Shown here piece by piece: positions 55,176-62,317 of a stretch of 64,000 nucleotides of DNA. A program made the translations under genes and the position numbers. This stretch comes from Mycobacteriales bacterium (GTDB lineage Bacteria > Actinomycetota > Actinomycetes > Mycobacteriales > QHCE01), in contig JABFVL010000058.1 of NCBI GenBank assembly GCA_013362805.1, positions 38,805 through 102,804 of the forward strand. Reading direction: 5' to 3'. Each line of letters starts with the position of its first letter. The first letter of the stretch is position 1. The notes beneath the pieces are model-generated. The model saw only the letters and a list, made by a program, of their open reading frames with translations. It was not told the origin of the DNA and ran no database searches.

Positions 55176-58100
55176 GGTCGCGGCCCTGGACGCCGAGTTT
55201 GGGGCGGCTGCCATGCACCAGAAGGCGGAACCTGGCCGGAGCTTCCTGGGGGATTTCGGCGACGCAATTTTCCAAAGACACCGTCGAGTTGGCCCTTGGC
55301 CCTGCTGGCCAGTCCATCTAGCCCCTGGCTAGGACCGGAGGCAGGCGCGGGACCATGCGGCCGTGCTGAAGAGCCGGGGTCATCGCGATTCAAAAACTCT
55401 TTCGCGACAGCTAGCACCGAAGTGTTTTGCCCCAACCCTTGTGGCGGAAGTGACCGAATATGCAGGTCGAACGCGTCCGCAATGTCATCCAACATCTCCG
55501 GCGTCAGGTCTTGGCCTTGTTCGAGCACGGGTTTCAACAGCTCATAGGTACGCACACCATGTGTGGCCGCCGTTTCCATTGCGGCGCTACGCCGACGCGG
55601 GTCCATCACGTCACGAAGCGTTCCAAAAGTCACATTAGGTCGTTTGACTGTCGCTATGACCTGGAACGCAACCACGCCATGTACCGAATCGGCGCCATGT
55701 TGTCTAATGTGTTCAGCCAAGCTCCGCAGCTCACCTTTTACCTCGGTGATCTGTTCGACATGTGCCTGTATCGCATCCTGAGCCGCAATGGCGGCTTTGG
55801 CCACGTATGGCTCAGTGTCCTCACCCCGTCGATGAGCATCACTGACATCGGCATAACGTTGCGCGGCAAACAATGCCCAATCAGAGGCAAGCGCATCGCC
55901 GGCCGTAGACTGCAAAGTACGTCTCATCGCATGTCCACGAAACTCTTCGTGAATGGCGATCGCTTCGACCGCACCCTCGGACGTCTGCGGCAAGTTTTCC
56001 AGTTGGGCTGTCAGCCCATCAATCGACTCGAGAAGTTCCAAAGTCTGTTCTTTCGCCGCTTTCGCGGCTGACGACTTCCTGCCGATCATCCGGGTGCCCG
56101 CCCGGCCAGTCTTCGCCTTGTACTGGACCAAACTCTCTCGAACCGAATCGATGATCTTCTCGGGAGGGTCATCCAGCGAGACAGCTACTCGCTCATTTTT
56201 GACACGCACCACCTCACTGTCCGACCCATCGTGACGGTTTTGCCGCATCCGGAACATCTCACCCTCGTACCGGTCATATTGCTCACTCGGGGCTCCTACC
56301 TCAACGTAAGGAAGGGAAAGCACAATCTCCGGACGGTGTTCACCTGGCAGATAGGGGTGATCAACTCTAGGCGGACGTTGGCTAAGTTCTTTGTCGCTGA
56401 ATGGTCGCGGACTGGTGTCCCGAACAACCGAAGCCGTGGCGGCCGCCGCGTCCAGATTGGTGAATACTTCCCGCTCGGGCTCGGCTAAGGCCGCGATTGC
56501 GGCTGCTTCACGTGTCGCCCATTCCTCGGTAAGCTCCGCGTCAGATAAAAGATGCTCTATCAGCGGTTTAAGCGTTTCCTCACTGGAATTAAGAGCGTCC
56601 ATACCCGCACCAACAATCGGATCGTCAGACCGACCGTGCAAATATTGATTCTCCCCTTCAATAGACTTGGCAACCTTGATCAAATGCTCCCTTGCCGCGG
56701 TTCGCACCTCTTCAGTCGCATCGGGGTCAGCAGCAGTTAATACGAGGCCTTGCGCCTTTTCGAGATCACGTTGACGCGCGATCTGCAAAGCGGCACGGAA
56801 TGGCATTAATTCAGCTGGTGTCGAAAGCCCGCTGGCGAATGTGGCGAGCTCAGTTTCGGCGCGGTTGTACACGGCTTGCTCGGGCAAGGCCCGCAACGAT
56901 CTCTCCGAAACGTCTAACGAAAAGTTCGAAAGATCGCGCATTACCCCGTCAAAAATTTCCTTGCCGTGGTTTTCGTTCTCTGAGACATCCACATCGCCAT
57001 TGACGAGCGGGAGCAACCGGATAGCGAGCGCGTCAAACTCGAGCGCCGCACTATCCAAAACCTCAGCGAGCTCCGCGAGTGGCGGTACCTCGGCACCATC
57101 ATCGGTCAGTTCCCGCACCATCTTCAGTTCGGCATCATCAGAGGTCAGCGAGACAACATTGTCCGGGGCATCCTCCTCAGTGGCTCGGCGATAACCCTCC
57201 AACTCCAGTTTGCGTATCGCGACTTTGCTTGCGGCATCTTGTAACTGATTGAACAGGACGCCAGCGGCGCTAACCTCATCAGCGAAACGATGCACCCGGA
57301 AATGCATCTCATCGACGACGGCGGTTTCGGCCAGCTCCGTCGAAGTCGTGTCCAAACGTTTGGGCAGCGCGAACCGGATCGGCGTGTTGATCTCGTTTCC
57401 GGCTGGATCGAGCAAGGGCCCCGGCTTCACCGTGTCCTCGCGGATGTGATCTTGAGTCAGGATCAGGTCATCAACCTCATCGGCCAGCTCTCGCAGCTGC
57501 GGATCGTCGAAGACAGAATCCACCGTTATGGGTGCAGGTTGCACCGGCTCAGAGTCAACATCGCCGCGCTCTTGCGCCACGAACGCCTGGTAGGCGCGCT
57601 GAGTGGGTTCAGCGAGTCGGCCTCGCAATGAGATCAGCGACGCATCTTGATCAACGCGCATATCCCCGGCCAAAATTTCTACGACCGCCTCCTGCGCGTC
57701 ATCCTCGAGATCACTAACGGGCTCGCTGACTGCATTTGCCCGGGCCTGCAATCTGCCGCCAAGGCGCTGCACCAATTCGCGTTGTTCCTCGGGCGTCTCG
57801 CTCAATGTCCCCGTGACCAGGGCAGCCCCAGCTTGGGTAAGTTGGCCATAAAGCGCATACACGTCGTTGAACTTCGCTTCATCGGTGTCACTCCACTCCT
57901 CACCCGCGAGACGGCGCTGCCAGCTCAAGAGCAGATCACCGCCGACAGCTGAGATCGCCTCATCAGCTAACGGCGCCATGTCGAAAGCAGCGTCTCCGGA
58001 ACGTCCTTCAGCCAGCACTTCTTTAATGTGGGCAAGGACCGCTGGCGCACTTTCCGTTGTCACATGTTGCTCAGCCAATAGAGCGCTCAATGACGTCAAG

Positions 58101-58849
58101 CCATAGTCGATCCGACTGGCATCTTGGCTAGCGACGGCCGCGTCTACCTCCTCGATCGCATAGGCGATCTGTTCTTCACGCGTCGGTTCGCCATCTAGCG
58201 TGGGTTCGCCAGCGTTCGAGATACCCACGGCTGCCAGAGGATCTAACTCATCGATTTCTGGCTTCGAATCCGACGAAGTGATCTCGTCTGCCGATGGGGT
58301 TGCTTCACTATTCTCAGCCGCGTGAGCTGGCTCAGTGCCTTCGCCAACCGCAGCCGATTCTCCGGGCCCGACTTGACTCGCCACCAGTGGCCGCAATTGA
58401 TCCCAGGCGACGGCACGCTCGCCAGCATCACCGCCGAAGAACAATTCTTCGTGCACCACAACTGTGGCGACAGTAAGTTCTCGCGTACCGCTTTCCGCGC
58501 CCGGGGTGAGCAACGCGAATGGTAATTCCCGTGCGACCCCAGATGGTTCTTCCGGTTCGCTTGGCGCCGTTTCAGGCCCATGTGGAGGTTGGCCATCGCC
58601 CCCAGCCGCATTTGGCACATCGCCTGGCGTACCCGCTAAGTCTGCTGGCTCCGCGCCCAACAAATTATTGAGCGGGTCCAACTCTTCTGGCATCGGTTTA
58701 GGGGGTTCTGACTCGGGAAATTCACTGTGCGGAGGAAGGTCAGCTGATAACTCAGCTGGCCGAGGCAATGACTGCTGCTCGGGAGCTGAGGGTTCGGGAA
58801 CAGCTGGCTGTTCCGGGTCGGGTTCTGACTGGAATGGAACATCGCGCAT
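55172..58849 (-). CDS. giant-array paralog A2 (1225 aa); function unknown
   Basis: ATG start 3 nt after the A1 stop. The leader reads QSLPRPAELSADLP...ELDPLNNLL (58658..58681). It has the central block PPRVDHPYLPG (56342..56374) and the C-terminal block VAKEFLNRDDPGS plus a basic Pro/Gly tail. Confidence 0.85.
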   Translation of the reverse strand: MRDVPFQSEPDPEQPAVPEPSAPEQQSLPRPAELSADLPPHSEFPESEPPKPMPEELDPLNNLLGAEPADLAGTPGDVPNAAGGDGQPPHGPETAPSEPEEPSGVARELPFALLTPGAESGTRELTVATVVVHEELFFGGDAGERAVAWDQLRPLVASQVGPGESAAVGEGTEPAHAAENSEATPSADEITSSDSKPEIDELDPLAAVGISNAGEPTLDGEPTREEQIAYAIEEVDAAVASQDASRIDYGLTSLSALLAEQHVTTESAPAVLAHIKEVLAEGRSGDAAFDMAPLADEAISAVGGDLLLSWQRRLAGEEWSDTDEAKFNDVYALYGQLTQAGAALVTGTLSETPEEQRELVQRLGGRLQARANAVSEPVSDLEDDAQEAVVEILAGDMRVDQDASLISLRGRLAEPTQRAYQAFVAQERGDVDSEPVQPAPITVDSVFDDPQLRELADEVDDLILTQDHIREDTVKPGPLLDPAGNEINTPIRFALPKRLDTTSTELAETAVVDEMHFRVHRFADEVSAAGVLFNQLQDAASKVAIRKLELEGYRRATEEDAPDNVVSLTSDDAELKMVRELTDDGAEVPPLAELAEVLDSAALEFDALAIRLLPLVNGDVDVSENENHGKEIFDGVMRDLSNFSLDVSERSLRALPEQAVYNRAETELATFASGLSTPAELMPFRAALQIARQRDLEKAQGLVLTAADPDATEEVRTAAREHLIKVAKSIEGENQYLHGRSDDPIVGAGMDALNSSEETLKPLIEHLLSDAELTEEWATREAAAIAALAEPEREVFTNLDAAAATASVVRDTSPRPFSDKELSQRPPRVDHPYLPGEHRPEIVLSLPYVEVGAPSEQYDRYEGEMFRMRQNRHDGSDSEVVRVKNERVAVSLDDPPEKIIDSVRESLVQYKAKTGRAGTRMIGRKSSAAKAAKEQTLELLESIDGLTAQLENLPQTSEGAVEAIAIHEEFRGHAMRRTLQSTAGDALASDWALFAAQRYADVSDAHRRGEDTEPYVAKAAIAAQDAIQAHVEQITEVKGELRSLAEHIRQHGADSVHGVVAFQVIATVKRPNVTFGTLRDVMDPRRRSAAMETAATHGVRTYELLKPVLEQGQDLTPEMLDDIADAFDLHIRSLPPQGLGQNTSVLAVAKEFLNRDDPGSSARPHGPAPASGPSQGLDGLASRAKGQLDGVFGKLRRRNPPGSSGQVPPSGAWQPPQTRRPGPRP

Positions 58850-58852
58850 GAT

Positions 58853-61800
58853 CTAAAGCGCTTTCTTTGCGGGAGGTGTATCGGAAAAATTTCGCATCGA
58901 GTTGTGCTCGCCACCTGGGTGAGGACCACGAGTGGGTATACGCGGCTTCGCCGCAGCGCCGTCGTCATCTCGGCGCAGAAAATGTCGAGCTATCGCCATG
59001 GGGTCAGCACTGGCGCCCAGGCTCTTAGGCATACTCAAATGCAATCGTTCGAGATAGTTCGCGACTTCGCCAAGGACACCCGCCGTGTAGCTCGCTTTGC
59101 CCTGTTCCACATCGAGACGGATCACATGCAGAATGTTGGCGAACAGGGCAAACTTTGGCACAACGCGCTCTGAATCGGTACTGATGAGTTCAGCAAGCGC
59201 GACAGTGTCAGTGATGAGCTGATTTATCGAGCCGGACAGGATGTGCGCCTGTTGCTCGCTCAGCGCTGTAGCAGAATCACCAGCGCCTAGTTGGGCGGCA
59301 GCTTGACGACACTCATGTTTCAGTTGCTCGGCGTTATCACTCTGAATCCGTAGCGCGACCTGGGCAGCGGCCGCCGCGGAGCTGGTCTTCTTGCCTAGCC
59401 GTTCTGGGCTAGCTTTTTGCGCCTTATCGGCGACTTCTCCATACACGGCCTTTGCTCGGGAGGTGAGATGCCCGGCGTACAGTTGCGCGGCTGGGCTCCG
59501 CACTACTTTTTCAACTGCCTTGGCGCGAATCTGTTCGTGAATCGCGAGCGCACGCAGATCGCCTTCGGGCGTCGCCGGTAGCTCTGACAGTTCTCGCAGC
59601 TCAGACTCAAAAAAGTCGGCCCGTTGATCCCGGTTGAGGTCAGCTTTGCGTTCCGCGAACGCGCGCACGCCATCCTCCACTGCCTGTACTACCGCTCCGG
59701 CGGGCCCGTCCAATGGAATCTTGGTGTGAACCTCGCTCACATTGACGGGTTTTTCACCCTTACTTTGGGTGCGATTATGTGCCACACGGAACACTTGTCG
59801 GGTTTGGGTATCTAAACTGTAGCCCCACGCCTGCTCATGCACTTCGGGCAAAGACAGGGTAATTGTCCCTGGCACCGTGGGCACATATTCCACCCCCACA
59901 CGTGGCAAACGCACCATCAACTCGTTCTCAGTGGGCGGGCCTGGTCTGGCCCGGTCGGCGATCTGTTGCGCTGCCGATTCAACGTCGAGCTGGAGAAAAA
60001 CATTGTGTTCTGGTTGCCGTAGCTCCCTCACCGCGGCGATTTGGGACGCCAGTGTCTGGGGAGACGACACTCCATCGCGAATCGCGTCTCTCATTTCGTC
60101 CAGTGTGTCCACACATGCGAGGTGAGCTCGCCACGCCGGCGCCACAGCCTCATTAGCGCGATAGCTTTGAAGTAGGCGCGCGTTTCGCCATTGGATCGCG
60201 CTCTTGCGCGAAAGAATCCGCTGACGAATAGCCTTCGCTTCTGGCCCAGCCGGGGCTTTCACCAAACCCAGTAAGTCCTCTTCCAAATTTTCTAACTCTC
60301 GTGCGTGCACACAAGCCATCGCCTGCCGTTGAGTTACAACTTCCCCAACAGACTTTTTCCCGGTAGCGATCTCGTGCTCCCCCAACTCGAGCCTCCGGAG
60401 AACGCCGTCATATGGCAGGTTCAGCGTGCTCGTGTCTGAGGTCTTTGCCGCGAGCAACACGAGGCGGCGCACCGCCTCATCGATGTTGACGTGCGGCGGC
60501 TCCTGGCCGGAATTCGATGTTGGCGGGGCAGCGATAGCGCGCAGTTCGGCCTCGATCGCAAGCAGCTCTTCGCGTACGCCAACGAGCCCTTCCGCGAGCT
60601 CTGGCATGGCCGGCGCTCGATAGCCAGACTCATCGTCGATGCGCAACGGCACCGCGTCCACCACGTCACCATTGGGGAACACCACGGCTTGAGCTTCGGT
60701 TGGGTCCTCGCTGTGCCCAGGCCGCAACCCCATTAGGTCGAGCTGCCGGTCGGTGACCGCTTTGCCGAAGGTCTGCACTTGCTTCGCCAGCGCATTCGCG
60801 GCCGCCCGCTCATCGTGGTATCGCATTGCCCTCAGCTCCTTGCGTTCCATCGTCTGTTGGCCGGCATCCTCCAAGGTCTCGTACCCCGCACGAGTTGGTA
60901 GCCCGAAGACAATCGGAACACCGAGGTACGTTCCATCGGGGCCAATGTGGGGCTTATCGGCTGCCATGCCCGAACTAAGCACGATGTCGGGACTATCTAG
61001 GGCGTTAACTAGGTCAAATAACTCCCGGTGATGTGCCAACTCGGCCGGCAACGGGCTATGTTCATCGCCTTCCCGGGGTGCCTGCGGATTGTCCGTCCGG
61101 CTGTTGTCTAGAGGTTGATCCATATCAACCTCAACCAACATCGTCGGCAAGTCCAAGCTGTCGAATGCACGCTGTTCGGCACGAGTCTGTGGGTCAGCGA
61201 TCTGCCCCGTCAGCGCGTAAAGGTCGTTGTCATCAGATCGAGCGCGGAGTGTGCGTGCCGCCTCTAACGGATTAGCCGCCAACACTTCGCCCCGCACCCG
61301 CAGCCGGTTGCGCAAACGTTCCAGATCTGGCCGCATCGCGGTCGGGGTGTCCTCCACAGTGGCATCAATCATGGCCCGAGCGATCGCGAGTAATTCATGA
61401 TGTTGCTCCACCCGATCGGCAAGCGCGGGATCATTACGCACTGCGGCAGCCACCGTAGCCGCGGTCTGTGCCTCCATCACCTTGTCCAATAGCGGAGCAC
61501 CATCGAACGCTATTTCCTCCAAGGCAGACGCGTTCTCCCGGAAATACCGCATAACGGTATCCACGTCATCAGGAGTTACATTCTGTCCAACTAGCAGCGA
61601 ACTGAGCCACGCCAACTCGGAGTCAAAAAGTTCACGATCCTGAGTCTCAGCTGCCATATCGAGTGCCGCTCGAGCCCGCCCCACCGCGGCGATCTCTGAT
61701 TCTCCGCCCCGCTCTGTTGACTCAGTAGGATCAGCACCCTGACCAACCTCATCCTCCAGCGAAGAAGTCTGCTCTACGAGTGCGCTATCTGGCACGGCCG

Positions 61801-62317
61801 GTCCTAGGGTGCCGTGGTTGGTCACTATCGATTCGTGAGAGTCAGAGTTGACCTGGGAACCACGGCTCTCCGACGCCGCCCTCGGAAACTGTTGCTCGAC
61901 CAAAGGGGCAAGCCGGTCCCATTCCCCCGCGCGATCACCGAAATCCTCGGCAACTACACCTTGCTCCACATAGGCGGTAACGATCACCAGCTTTGGATCG
62001 TCGTCAGCTGACGGAGCCAATCGCAACGGCAATGGAACACCTCGACGGGGCCCAGATGGCTCAGCTAATGCCGGAGAAATGGGCCCCTCCCCGCCGGAAC
62101 CGGGCGGGGAGGTCGGCGGGGATGCATGCTCAGGTAACGCCTGTCCCAGCGCGTCTAGCTCGACGGGCACCGCAGTGGGCTCACCCCGTGCGCCCACCTC
62201 AGGCAGATCAGCTAGCCGCACCGGCACCGACGGCGAAACCGAGCGCTCCAATGGGACCGCCAACGACGGTGTCTCGGGCCCATCTGGCTCCGCCGACGGA
62301 ACAGGAGGATGGTTCAT
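58853..62317 (-). CDS. giant-array paralog A1 (1154 aa); function unknown
   Basis: ATG 62317 forms an ATGA overlap with the A0 stop. The leader reads RSVSPSVPVRLADLP...VELDALG. It has the central block LPRVGVEYVPT (59876..59908) and the C-terminal block ARHFLRRDDD (58961..58990). Confidence 0.85.
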   Translation of the reverse strand: MNHPPVPSAEPDGPETPSLAVPLERSVSPSVPVRLADLPEVGARGEPTAVPVELDALGQALPEHASPPTSPPGSGGEGPISPALAEPSGPRRGVPLPLRLAPSADDDPKLVIVTAYVEQGVVAEDFGDRAGEWDRLAPLVEQQFPRAASESRGSQVNSDSHESIVTNHGTLGPAVPDSALVEQTSSLEDEVGQGADPTESTERGGESEIAAVGRARAALDMAAETQDRELFDSELAWLSSLLVGQNVTPDDVDTVMRYFRENASALEEIAFDGAPLLDKVMEAQTAATVAAAVRNDPALADRVEQHHELLAIARAMIDATVEDTPTAMRPDLERLRNRLRVRGEVLAANPLEAARTLRARSDDNDLYALTGQIADPQTRAEQRAFDSLDLPTMLVEVDMDQPLDNSRTDNPQAPREGDEHSPLPAELAHHRELFDLVNALDSPDIVLSSGMAADKPHIGPDGTYLGVPIVFGLPTRAGYETLEDAGQQTMERKELRAMRYHDERAAANALAKQVQTFGKAVTDRQLDLMGLRPGHSEDPTEAQAVVFPNGDVVDAVPLRIDDESGYRAPAMPELAEGLVGVREELLAIEAELRAIAAPPTSNSGQEPPHVNIDEAVRRLVLLAAKTSDTSTLNLPYDGVLRRLELGEHEIATGKKSVGEVVTQRQAMACVHARELENLEEDLLGLVKAPAGPEAKAIRQRILSRKSAIQWRNARLLQSYRANEAVAPAWRAHLACVDTLDEMRDAIRDGVSSPQTLASQIAAVRELRQPEHNVFLQLDVESAAQQIADRARPGPPTENELMVRLPRVGVEYVPTVPGTITLSLPEVHEQAWGYSLDTQTRQVFRVAHNRTQSKGEKPVNVSEVHTKIPLDGPAGAVVQAVEDGVRAFAERKADLNRDQRADFFESELRELSELPATPEGDLRALAIHEQIRAKAVEKVVRSPAAQLYAGHLTSRAKAVYGEVADKAQKASPERLGKKTSSAAAAAQVALRIQSDNAEQLKHECRQAAAQLGAGDSATALSEQQAHILSGSINQLITDTVALAELISTDSERVVPKFALFANILHVIRLDVEQGKASYTAGVLGEVANYLERLHLSMPKSLGASADPMAIARHFLRRDDDGAAAKPRIPTRGPHPGGEHNSMRNFSDTPPAKKAL

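Noticed and set aside
55176-55214. 13-codon N-terminal extension of A3 (MAAAPNSASRAAT)
   Set aside because: It overlaps the end of A2. ATG 55175 makes the same ATGA start/stop junction seen at A0/A1, so the shorter form is preferred. This is not proven.
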